64,000 bases of DNA, taken from an uncultured Armatimonadia bacterium. Lineage in GTDB: Bacteria; Armatimonadota; Zipacnadia; Zipacnadales; VGFC01. Below the pieces are notes generated by a model, which did not search any database, had not been told where the DNA came from, and saw only the letters and a program-made list of their open reading frames with translations. The DNA is taken from assembly GCA_964555935.1 (NCBI GenBank), contig CAZKUN010000007.1, positions 22,474 to 86,473 on the forward strand. The letters run 5' to 3'. Each line of letters starts with the position of its first letter. The first letter of the stretch is position 1. Position numbers and translations under genes: made by a program. Below, in pieces: positions 1 through 8,807 of this stretch.

Positions 1-55
1 ACCTGATACCGCGTCCCATCCGGTGCAACCGCCAAGGCCCGCTCCCTATCTCTAC

Positions 56-1639
56 CTACGCCGATCCGTTCGCGATCAATAGGCCGTAGTGATAGCTATC
101 TGTCAGCGCCTGCCAGGACGCCCAGATGATGTTTTCGTGCGCGCCAACGGTCATCCAGTGCTCGGTGCCGTTGGTCGACGTGATGGTGACTCTTACCTTC
201 GACGCTGTGCCCTGCTTGCCACTGACAACGCGGACCTTGAAGTCCGTCAGTCGCAGGTCCGCCAGCCCTGGGAATCGGTCGCCGATCGCCTGGCGCACGG
301 CGCTGTCGAGCGCGTGAACCGGGCCGTCGCCGTCCGCAACGCCGCTGACTTGATCGCCATTGATCTTAAGCTGGAGCGCCGCCTCGGAGAAGACCTCCTC
401 AGCGTCGCGCGCCGTCTCTTTCACTAGCACCGTCAGCCGGTTCACGTTGAACAGCTTCGACCGGCCCTCGACGACCTCGCGAGCGAGCAGCTCAAAACTC
501 GCCTCCGCCGTCTCAAACTCAAAGCCCTCGTGCTCGAGTTCCTTCACCCGCGCCAGGATCTCCCTGACCTCCGGCGATTTCTTCGTCATGTCGGGATAGA
601 GGTGCTTGATCTTCTCAACGATCGCCGCGGCTCCCGCCTGGTCTGACAGAATCAGCCGCCGCTCGCCGCCGACCGACGCCGGCGGGACATGCTCAAACGA
701 CTCCGCGATCTTGGAGATCCCGTCCTGGTGCATTCCTGCTTTGTGCGCGAAGGCCGATTCGCCCACATACGGCTGGCGCGCGTCGTGGTCGCGCATGGCG
801 ATCTCCGCCACCATCCGCGATGTGCTCGCCATCCGGTGCAGCCCATCCTCGGCCACCAGGCACTCGTGCCCCATCTTGAGCGCCAGGTTCGGCACCACGA
901 CGCACAGGTCCGCGTTGCCGCAACGCTCGCCGTAGCCGTTGATGGTGCCCTGGACCTGAACGCAGCCCGCTTGAACCGCCGCCAGACTGCTGGCGACCGC
1001 GCAGCCCGAATCGTTGTGCGTGTGGATGCCCATCGGCACGTCGACGGCCTCAAGCGACTGGTGGGTCGCCTCGACGATTTCGTCCAACATCCGGCCGCCG
1101 TTGGTGTCGCAGAGGATGATCCGTTCTGCTCCGCCCCGCTGCGCCGCGCGCAGCGTCTCAAGGGCATATTCCGCGTCGGATCGCCAGCCATCGAAGAAAT
1201 GCTCCGCGTCGTAGAAGACCTGCCGACCGCTAGCCTTAAGGAACGCGACCGAATCCTCGATCATCATCAGGTTCTCATCACGGCTGCATCGCAGAACGTG
1301 CTCGACATGCAGGTCCCACGACTTGCCGAAGATTGTGATGACGGGCGCGTCGCTGCTGATGAGGGCCGCTAGTTGCGGATCGTCGGCCGCCTCGACGCCC
1401 GCCCGGCGCGTGCTGCCAAACGCCGCGAGCTTCACGTGCTTCAGATCGAGTTCGCGCGCCACCGCGAAGAACTCCGTGTCTCGCGGGCTGCTCGGATTCG
1501 GCCAGCCGCCCTCGACGTAGTCGACGCCAAGTTCGTCCAGCAACTGGGTAATCCGGCGCTTGTCCTCAACGCTGAAACTGATGCCCTCGCCCTGGGCGCC
1601 GTCTCTTAGGGTCGTGTCGTAGACTTCGATTCTGCTCAT
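56..1639 (-). CDS. cimA: (R)-citramalate synthase / 2-isopropylmalate synthase family (long form with C-terminal LeuA-type regulatory domain)
   Basis: N-terminal IEVYDTTLRDGAQ HMGL-like motif, HTHND metal-binding motif, about 527 aa with C-terminal dimerisation/regulatory region. ORF track extends to 1687; MSRIEV start at 1639 matches family N-termini. Confidence 0.85.
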   Translation of the reverse strand: MSRIEVYDTTLRDGAQGEGISFSVEDKRRITQLLDELGVDYVEGGWPNPSSPRDTEFFAVARELDLKHVKLAAFGSTRRAGVEAADDPQLAALISSDAPVITIFGKSWDLHVEHVLRCSRDENLMMIEDSVAFLKASGRQVFYDAEHFFDGWRSDAEYALETLRAAQRGGAERIILCDTNGGRMLDEIVEATHQSLEAVDVPMGIHTHNDSGCAVASSLAAVQAGCVQVQGTINGYGERCGNADLCVVVPNLALKMGHECLVAEDGLHRMASTSRMVAEIAMRDHDARQPYVGESAFAHKAGMHQDGISKIAESFEHVPPASVGGERRLILSDQAGAAAIVEKIKHLYPDMTKKSPEVREILARVKELEHEGFEFETAEASFELLAREVVEGRSKLFNVNRLTVLVKETARDAEEVFSEAALQLKINGDQVSGVADGDGPVHALDSAVRQAIGDRFPGLADLRLTDFKVRVVSGKQGTASKVRVTITSTNGTEHWMTVGAHENIIWASWQALTDSYHYGLLIANGSA

Positions 1640-2103
1640 GGATTCGTCTCGCTTACGCGTCGGTGACGCCGGACCAACGGGCAACAAAAAAGCAGCTCAT
1701 CTCTTCTCAGAGACGAGCCGCTTGGTGCGAGGCCCGCGGTACCACTCTGTTTGGCCCGGCGCGTCTGGGCCCACTTGCTCCGCACGGGAGAGACAGCTCT
1801 CCGACACGGCCCTCGGGATAACGGTCGAGGATCCGGCGGAGCCTACTGAAGCCAGTAGCTGGTTCGGTCCGCGGCTCAGGGGTGATATCGGCGAGCGGCC
1901 TATCCTGCCGGGATCTCAGCGCCCCCGGCTCTCTGTAAGGGCCTTCCGCTCCGACACGCCCCATCTCAGCCAATGCGTTCGATTGTAGAGTTGCTTATAC
2001 CACAATACCCCTCGTCGGGCAAGGGGAGCCCCTCGCCGCGCGGAGGTCAATCCGGCTGCCGACGCGAAGCCCGACGCACAGCCGAAGCCCTCGACCGCGG
2101 TCC

Positions 2104-3525
2104 ATGGAGGCGTCCCTGATGCTACCTATCGTGACGATGCTTGTCTGCCTTCTGTTAGCCATCACTGCTGTGGCGGGCGCTGAGCCGCCTAGTGCCGTAG
2201 TGGAGGTCGAGGAAGATGTCTACACCTACGAGCCAGCCGACAACGGCGCCGGGCCGCTGTGGTGCCATGGCTCGACGTGCCTCGTGAGGATCGGCGACCG
2301 CGTGCTGGCTTCCGGTCTTGAGACCATCGAGGGCATGAAGCCGATGAACAACGTCCGCTGGACGCTCTGGACGCGCGATGCCGACCGGTGGCGTTTGGTC
2401 CGCACGGATGAGGCGAACCGCACGCGGGAGCCCGCGCCGATGGCGACCTATGAAGGCGGGCCCGCGTTCCTGTCGGTCAACCCGACCCTCGCCACGCCGG
2501 GCGAGTACGGCGGCCCGGCCGTTCCCCAGATTCTCCAACTCGACGTCGCCGACCCCGATGCCGAGGCGGTAACCCTCCTCCCGACATGGGATGGCGAGCC
2601 GGCGTTTACCGAGCACTCATACCGCAGCTTCGTGGCCGATGGACCGGGCCGCGAGTTGGCGCTCTTCCAGAACATCGGCTACAACCACGTGGAATGGGCG
2701 TTCCGCGATAGCGCCGGCGAGTGGTCCGCGCAGGGGAAGCTCGAGTGGCCATTCGGCGCGGAATACGACAAGCCCCAGCCGATCCGGGTCTGCTACCCGA
2801 CTGTCGCGATGAAGGACCGCGCCGTCCACTTCTGCGGTGTCAGCGACATCATCGAGCCGTATGACAGATGGCGCGAATACAAGGAAGAACTCACCGGGCG
2901 CAAGTGGGACTACGATTTCCGCCGGCTGTTCTACGTTCAATCGGCCGATATCTCCACCGGCGAATTCGGCGAGTGGGTTGAGGTCTCCAGCCGCGACAGC
3001 ACCTGCGGCTGGATCATGCCTTGCGACCTCTGGATCGCGCCGGATGGCGCGGCGCACATCATCTGGAACGAGCGAGCGCTTGATGAGCGGCTCAAGGAGG
3101 AGTTCTTCCCCGAGGAGAAGCAGCGCCACCAGCTCAACTACGCGGTGGTCCGCGAAGGCAAGGTAGTGATGAAGCGTACGCTGCAAGAGGGTGGCGACGG
3201 CTTGCCGCCGGAGACGCCGGGGCGCGGGCGATTCCACGTCACGCCCGACGGTCGCTTGCTCGTCTTCTACCACATGAGTGGATCGAGGCCCGACGGCGCC
3301 GGGTTCGCGGAGAATCGCTTGCTGGAGATCTACCCGGACGGCACGATCAGTTCGCCGACAGTGGTCGATCTAGGCAATCCGTTCACCTCCTTCTTCACCG
3401 CCACCCCACGGGCTGGTTCCGCGCCGTCGGACGTCCTGGATGTGTTTGGTGAGTGCGCCAACACCCAGCGGACGCTGCGCTACGCGCGGATCCGGATTGA
3501 GCCCGCGGGCACGGACGGCAGGTAG
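2104..3525 (+). CDS. hypothetical secreted protein (N-terminal signal peptide), possibly beta-propeller/glycosidase-like
   Basis: Hydrophobic N-terminus MLPIVTMLVCLLLAITAVAGA followed by AEPP. Aromatic-rich, non-repetitive composition; antisense ORFs are Arg/Ala-rich artefacts. Confidence 0.55.
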   Translation: MEASLMLPIVTMLVCLLLAITAVAGAEPPSAVVEVEEDVYTYEPADNGAGPLWCHGSTCLVRIGDRVLASGLETIEGMKPMNNVRWTLWTRDADRWRLVRTDEANRTREPAPMATYEGGPAFLSVNPTLATPGEYGGPAVPQILQLDVADPDAEAVTLLPTWDGEPAFTEHSYRSFVADGPGRELALFQNIGYNHVEWAFRDSAGEWSAQGKLEWPFGAEYDKPQPIRVCYPTVAMKDRAVHFCGVSDIIEPYDRWREYKEELTGRKWDYDFRRLFYVQSADISTGEFGEWVEVSSRDSTCGWIMPCDLWIAPDGAAHIIWNERALDERLKEEFFPEEKQRHQLNYAVVREGKVVMKRTLQEGGDGLPPETPGRGRFHVTPDGRLLVFYHMSGSRPDGAGFAENRLLEIYPDGTISSPTVVDLGNPFTSFFTATPRAGSAPSDVLDVFGECANTQRTLRYARIRIEPAGTDGR

Positions 3526-3591
3526 GTCCCTCGCATCCCGAGGGCGAAGCTCGTCCACGTCGGATGCCATAGGAAAGCGAGCACAGACGCC

Positions 3592-4461
3592 ATGGCCGTG
3601 ACGCAGGTCGATTCGGACTCTCTGCACGGGCTGGGTATGAGGTCCGCCGATGCGGAGGGCATCAGGAAGACACTGCTGCGCGGCCGCGGCGTCATCTTCG
3701 TATGTGGTCCCCGGGGAAGCGGTCGACACTCGGCGATGTACAGCATTCTCTGCTCGGTCAACCACGAATCCCAGAGCCTCATCCTTGGCGATACGTCCGT
3801 GCAAGACTGCCTCGATGGCGTCAGCCAGACGCAGCTTCAACCAGGCGAGCGCCTGGCCGACTGGATGCAAACGGCCATGCGCGCCGACGCCGACGTTGTG
3901 ATGGTCAAGCCGCTCGATACCATCGCCGACGCCATCAGCGTCGTTCGCGCCGCCGGTCGGCGCATCGTGCTGGTCGGCTCGGACGCCGAGAGCAGCCTCG
4001 GACCGCTATGCGAGATGATGGACATGGGCGCGAGCCCGGAGGTGATCTGCAACTCCGTTACCCTCGTCATCGCCACTCGCATCGTGCCGCGTCTCTGCCC
4101 GTACTGCCGCCGCGAGATCAAGCTCCCGACCGAGGTGCTGGCGCCGTTTGCGCCGCTCCAGCAGATCACGCACGACACGCGCGCGTTTGAGAGTCCCGGC
4201 TGTGATTCATGCGCGAAGACGGGTCGTCGCGGCTGGGTTGGCCTGTATGAGGTCCGGGAGGTCGGGCCGCAACTGCAGAGCATCCTGGGCGGGGATTACT
4301 CTCCCAAGTCTCTCACCGACGCGAGCATGTGCACGACCGCGATGTCGATCATGTCCCACGCGCTCGAGAAGTCCCAGGCCGGCCTGGTCGATCTCCGCGA
4401 TCTCCTCCCGCTCGTTAACAGCTGCCCCTTCGACAACGATATCCGCTTCTGGGAGAACTGA
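3592..4461 (+). CDS. GspE/PilB-family secretion ATPase C-terminal domain only, catalytically degenerate (pseudo-ATPase)
   Basis: Aligns by eye to the GspE ATPase core. Walker A is GPRGSGRHS instead of GPTGSGKTT. Walker B/Asp box is DADVVMVKPLD and the His box is replaced. The tetracysteine CPYC...CDSC Zn motif typical of GspE is retained. Confidence 0.6.
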   Translation: MAVTQVDSDSLHGLGMRSADAEGIRKTLLRGRGVIFVCGPRGSGRHSAMYSILCSVNHESQSLILGDTSVQDCLDGVSQTQLQPGERLADWMQTAMRADADVVMVKPLDTIADAISVVRAAGRRIVLVGSDAESSLGPLCEMMDMGASPEVICNSVTLVIATRIVPRLCPYCRREIKLPTEVLAPFAPLQQITHDTRAFESPGCDSCAKTGRRGWVGLYEVREVGPQLQSILGGDYSPKSLTDASMCTTAMSIMSHALEKSQAGLVDLRDLLPLVNSCPFDNDIRFWEN

Positions 4462-4482
4462 CGCCCGAAGGGATGACCTGCC

Positions 4483-5859
4483 ATGGCCGATCCCCTCGCC
4501 GGCCGCGCGGATGAGTATCTACGTCTCCAGGAGGAGCTGTTCGTCCACGAGCCGGACGGGCTGCTCTACAACTGGATCAACTTGCGGACGCGAAAGCCCT
4601 TCCGCGCCGATGAGCTGCCTGACGACATCGTCTATCGCTGTCGTTCAGGCATGCCCGACGCGCTGACGTGGATCAACGGCGAGAACACGATCTGCAAGAC
4701 GGGCTTCTACCTCGCCGCGATGAGCATGGCGTATGAGCTGACGGGCGAGGAGCGCTACCTCGCGATCGCCCAGCGCCAGTTCGGGGCCATCTACACCATC
4801 TTCGAGTTGACCGCCGAGCTGCTGGGAGAGACAGGCTGGATTCCCAAGGCCTTCGGCTGGATCCCCCAATGCGCGTATTCCCACGACATGAATGGCGACC
4901 AGATGGATCCGGTCATGGCCGCGCTGCTTCAGTACTCGCGCGTTGCGCCGGAGCCGGATCGCGGCCGGGCGGCTGAGGTCGTTACGGCGGTCGTCGACAT
5001 GCTCATGCGCTGGGATTACTGCGTGACATTCCCGTTCACTGGGGGGATGTCGGGTGGACGAGGGAGCCTGTGGGACACCCCCAACATCAACGAGCAACCG
5101 GCGTTACTGACGTGGTTGCTGCTGGCTGAGGAGATCAGCGGCGAGTCGCGATATCGTGACGAATACGAGCGCGTGCTCGCGGCGGGGCACAAGGGCAATC
5201 TGCTGAACCTCACGCGCGTACAGATGTCGGCGCTAGCGCGCGAGGCTCGTCTTGAGAACGTAGCGGATCTGGCGCATTTCGCCGGGATTCCCGCCATGGA
5301 CGAGCCGGAGGTGGCCTCTCTCCCGCCTGGCGAGAAGCCCGAGGACTACGTGCTGGCGGGCGGCGGGTGGTACGTCAACGGTCACGCCTGCCGGTACTTG
5401 GCGGACCGAGACGAGCAGCGCGCCGATCACTGGCGCGGGCAGTTGCGCCGCTGGTGGGAGGACGAGATCTCCTGCACCTACGTCGCCGAACACCGTGCGG
5501 GCTACCTCTCCGTCTACCGGAATCCGACCACCGGAAGGCTGCACCACTTCACGCCCCGCATCATCGAGGGGATCCCGCCGATTCGCCGCAACTTCCTGAG
5601 CTGGTGCAAGGGCAACTGGCTGCATACCGGCGATTACTGGGCGGCGATGGCGCTCTACGCCTGGGAGCTGCTTGGCGAGGATAGCATGAAGCAAATGGTG
5701 CTGGGCCATCTCACCCAGGCGACGCCCGAGGACATGGTGTGGATCAAGGACCCGTCCGGCGAGCTGCCGCCGCAGAGCGCGTACCTCGCCGACTGCTTCT
5801 TCGGCCCAAGCGTGTGGCTGTACGTCTACTGGCGCGCGCGCAAGGTGGGGTTGCTCTGA
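4483..5859 (+). CDS. hypothetical cytoplasmic protein (Trp/Tyr-rich, possibly alpha/alpha-toroid glycosidase-like)
   Basis: 458-aa ORF with protein-like composition. Antisense ORF 5233..5880 is Arg-rich artefact. Consensus RBS-like spacing; no signal peptide. Confidence 0.5.
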   Translation: MADPLAGRADEYLRLQEELFVHEPDGLLYNWINLRTRKPFRADELPDDIVYRCRSGMPDALTWINGENTICKTGFYLAAMSMAYELTGEERYLAIAQRQFGAIYTIFELTAELLGETGWIPKAFGWIPQCAYSHDMNGDQMDPVMAALLQYSRVAPEPDRGRAAEVVTAVVDMLMRWDYCVTFPFTGGMSGGRGSLWDTPNINEQPALLTWLLLAEEISGESRYRDEYERVLAAGHKGNLLNLTRVQMSALAREARLENVADLAHFAGIPAMDEPEVASLPPGEKPEDYVLAGGGWYVNGHACRYLADRDEQRADHWRGQLRRWWEDEISCTYVAEHRAGYLSVYRNPTTGRLHHFTPRIIEGIPPIRRNFLSWCKGNWLHTGDYWAAMALYAWELLGEDSMKQMVLGHLTQATPEDMVWIKDPSGELPPQSAYLADCFFGPSVWLYVYWRARKVGLL

Positions 5860-5942
5860 GAACCGCGAAGAGCCTCCCACCCCTGGGAAGCTCTCCTACC
5901 GCATCGGCCGTCCGGATGGGCGTTGCTGGTCGATCGGGCCGA

Positions 5943-6341
5943 TCAGTAGTTCGCGATGACGAAGAAGATGCAGTAGATGGTCGCGTAGCCGAACACCGTC
6001 ACCCACAGCGCCCGGCGCACGAGCCCGCAGCGTTCGAACTTCAGCTTGTTGAACAGCCAGATGGGCATGATGGTCAGACAGGCCTTGACCGCGACGAACG
6101 CCGTCACTCCGCCGGATTCCCAGACCCAACGCATTAACGGGTTGTACTCTTCCATCATCCCGTTCATCAGCATATACACGGAACTGATGGTGTCAGCCAC
6201 CGAGATCAGCACGAAGATGATCATCGGCAGAAGGAGCGTCCTGACTTCGGCGTCAGTTGGACCCTCACCGGTTGTAGGGTTATCGCTCACTCGATCAAGC
6301 ACCGCCGTCGTAATTCCGTCGCTGCAACTCATCGGCATCAA
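5943..6341 (-). CDS. small integral membrane protein (DUF5658-like)
   Basis: Three to four predicted TM helices (LLLPMIIFVLISVA, GGVTAFVAVKACLTIMPIWLF, ALWVTVFGYATIYCIFFVIANY). Confidence 0.5.
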   Translation of the reverse strand: MMPMSCSDGITTAVLDRVSDNPTTGEGPTDAEVRTLLLPMIIFVLISVADTISSVYMLMNGMMEEYNPLMRWVWESGGVTAFVAVKACLTIMPIWLFNKLKFERCGLVRRALWVTVFGYATIYCIFFVIANY

Positions 6342-6453
6342 TGCTCCTCAGACAGAGCTAGGACCTTCAGCATCGTAGTGGGACCCCATAGTCCCCGATG
6401 GGGGAGAATTCCGCATTAAGGCGACCTGAATTGTTTGCAACAGTTGTGCGGGG

Positions 6454-6948
6454 CTAGCCGGTAGCCTCGCGATCCGAGGGCACATCGTCGTCTTCAGGCT
6501 CTGAGGGCGGCGGTCTGGGTGGCTGGGGCATGGTGGCGTGCTGCGCGCGGCCGCCCTCGTGGACGACGTACGCAAGGACGGGGCCATCGAGATCGATGTC
6601 CACCGTACCGTAGAATGCCACTGCCCGCCAACCAGTCGGCGCTCCCGCCGGCATCCGATGGCTAAATACAACGCGCATCGGAGCGCTGTGCAGTGCCCCA
6701 TCGCGTTCAGTGACGATCTCGACGGCGCTGATCTTCGTGGGGTGGGCGGCCAGGCCAACAACCAAGCCGCGCCCAGCCCGCATAGGGATAGCGAACCGGC
6801 CGTCGCCGAATCGCGGCGTAAGGTACTCAATCATCGGCGCCACGGCGAGGGCGTCCGCACGCTTGTCCCTCGCTTGCCACGCGAACAGCCCAACGCTCGC
6901 CGCGACCGCTCCTACAATCGACCACGCCGCCCATCGAGCCCGCCGCAC
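6454..6948 (-). CDS. hypothetical membrane-anchored protein
   Basis: N-terminal TM (WAAWSIVGAVAASVGLFAW) then soluble domain with Pro/acidic tail. Opposite-strand ORF is Arg-rich. Confidence 0.45.
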   Translation of the reverse strand: MRRARWAAWSIVGAVAASVGLFAWQARDKRADALAVAPMIEYLTPRFGDGRFAIPMRAGRGLVVGLAAHPTKISAVEIVTERDGALHSAPMRVVFSHRMPAGAPTGWRAVAFYGTVDIDLDGPVLAYVVHEGGRAQHATMPQPPRPPPSEPEDDDVPSDREATG

Positions 6949-7095
6949 GGCTCATTCCCCCCGTCCGAGATCGGTTACGCCCGCCTTCTCTAGCCCCGAC
7001 CAAAGACCTCCGCCAGCCCATCGCTCGCGGGCAGTGACAATCACATTGGTGAAAACTCGCGGATTCACGGTATACACGTACCAGTACCGAGTGCA

Positions 7096-8802
7096 ATGCT
7101 GCGCTGGGTCGACAGCGTAACAGGCCGAACGCTGACACGCTACTCGCCTCGCAGAAGGAGGCCCGCCCTGACCGCGGACGCCAGAATTGCCCCAACCAAG
7201 TGGCGCATCAGAGGCAGCCTCCCTAAGGTACTGCCGGCCGTGCGGCCGGTCTTCCTCGCAGGGCTCGTTCTCGTCGAGCAGAGCATGACGTCCACGGCGC
7301 TGGTGGTCGCCGCGCTGTACGTGGCGCTCGCGTGTGCCGCCGAGGGCTATCCCGCGAAGGGACGCGGCACCCGATCGGCCATCACCGGGGTGTTCATCCT
7401 CGCCGACATCGTCTGGCTCGTCATCGCCATCGACCACTTCGGATTCATCCCAGTGCTCCTGCCGTTTGGCTACGCCGTCGCAGCCGGCGTGGTTGCGGCG
7501 TGTGTGTCATGGACGCTCGGGATTGAGGTCCCGTTGCTGGCCACCATCATCTACTACTGCGCGGCGCTGGTTTACTGCAGCGTGATGAACCAGGTGCTTG
7601 CAGGAGAGGCGACGGTCTACCTGGCCGCCGCCCTGACGCTGGCCGGGGGCCTGCTGGGATACGTTGGCGGGGAGGTCTACCGCCTCGACCGCAGCCGTCG
7701 CGCCCACGATCGATTGAGATTGCTCAGTTCAGCCGACAGCGAAATGGCTGAGGCCGAAGGCGATGGCGAGCTGTTCGTGACGATCTCGACCGCAGCCGCG
7801 AACATCGCTGAGGCCAGCCGCGTGTGGCTCATGCGCGTCGACGATGAGACGGGCATGATGCATCTAGAGACGCGAGCACGCGACTCGCGCAAGCTCTACA
7901 GCGCCCGATCAGTATCGGCCACCGAGGGCATCGCGGGTGAAGCTGTCCTGAAGGGGCGGGGCCTCATCATCAACGATGCCGCACCCCGTTCGAGACGGCT
8001 GTCAGACTTCGAGCAGCAGTTCGCCGACCACCACGTTATTGCCGTGCCGATTCCCGATGTCGATGGCACGATCGGCGTGATTCTCGCGACCCGCAAGCGC
8101 TCGCAGCCGGGGTTCACAACCACTGAACTCGACCTGCTGACAATGCTCGCCAGCGCCGGGGGCGCCAAGCTTCAGACCGCGCGCCTGCTTCGCCGGCTGC
8201 AGGTCTCCGCGACGCGCGATTCGCTGACGGGGCTGTATAACCACGGCACGTTCCTCGAGGAACTCCAGCGTCAGATCGAGCAAACGGCGGCCCGGAACGA
8301 CCACTTCAGCCTCATCGTCTTGGACATGGACAAATTCAAGCAGATCAACGACACCGAGGGCCACATCGAGGGCGACCGGGTCCTCATGGCCCTGGCCCGG
8401 AAGCTCCAGGATCACTTCCGTCTGACCGACTTCATCGCGCGCTGTGGTGGCGATGAGTTTGCCGTCCTGCTTCCCGGGATGAAGCGTGAGGACGCCCTGC
8501 CGATCGCCGACCGCGCGGCTGCGGCGATGGAGCAGATCGGCAAGGACCTCCGACTTCGCACGCCGACAACGGCGAGTTGGGGGATCGCGTCTTTCCCCGA
8601 CGACGCGCGAACTGACAAGGAACTCTACCGGAAGGCTGACGCCCGGCTCTACATCGCCAAGCGCGCTGGCGGCGGACGCCTCGAGAGCGCGGGCGATGCC
8701 AGCTCTCCGCCCGACGAATCCCGCGATATGTCCCGCGCGCCCGTCAGCCTTGAGCCGACCGACTCGGCCGACGGCACGCCGGCCGTCCGCAGCGCCGGGT
8801 AG
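7096..8802 (+). CDS. membrane-bound diguanylate cyclase (TM region - GAF - GGDEF)
   Basis: C-terminal GGDEF domain with intact RLTD I-site five residues before RCGGDEF. GAF-like central region and multi-TM N-terminus. Alternative ATG start at 7285 (MTSTALVVAAL). Confidence 0.8.
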   Translation: MLRWVDSVTGRTLTRYSPRRRRPALTADARIAPTKWRIRGSLPKVLPAVRPVFLAGLVLVEQSMTSTALVVAALYVALACAAEGYPAKGRGTRSAITGVFILADIVWLVIAIDHFGFIPVLLPFGYAVAAGVVAACVSWTLGIEVPLLATIIYYCAALVYCSVMNQVLAGEATVYLAAALTLAGGLLGYVGGEVYRLDRSRRAHDRLRLLSSADSEMAEAEGDGELFVTISTAAANIAEASRVWLMRVDDETGMMHLETRARDSRKLYSARSVSATEGIAGEAVLKGRGLIINDAAPRSRRLSDFEQQFADHHVIAVPIPDVDGTIGVILATRKRSQPGFTTTELDLLTMLASAGGAKLQTARLLRRLQVSATRDSLTGLYNHGTFLEELQRQIEQTAARNDHFSLIVLDMDKFKQINDTEGHIEGDRVLMALARKLQDHFRLTDFIARCGGDEFAVLLPGMKREDALPIADRAAAAMEQIGKDLRLRTPTTASWGIASFPDDARTDKELYRKADARLYIAKRAGGGRLESAGDASSPPDESRDMSRAPVSLEPTDSADGTPAVRSAG

Positions 8803-8807
8803 GCGCC

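Noticed and set aside
1690-1990. Possible tRNA-like element in the cimA upstream region (GGTTCGGTCC resembles a T-loop)
   Set aside because: No matching 5-bp T-stem partner, no acceptor stem or anticodon arm could be built. Not supported.
6952-7437. 161-aa minus-strand ORF in the region upstream of the GGDEF gene
   Set aside because: Arg/Gly-rich composition with no motifs. The region more likely holds the promoter/5' end of the plus-strand diguanylate cyclase gene (start ambiguity 7096 vs 7285).
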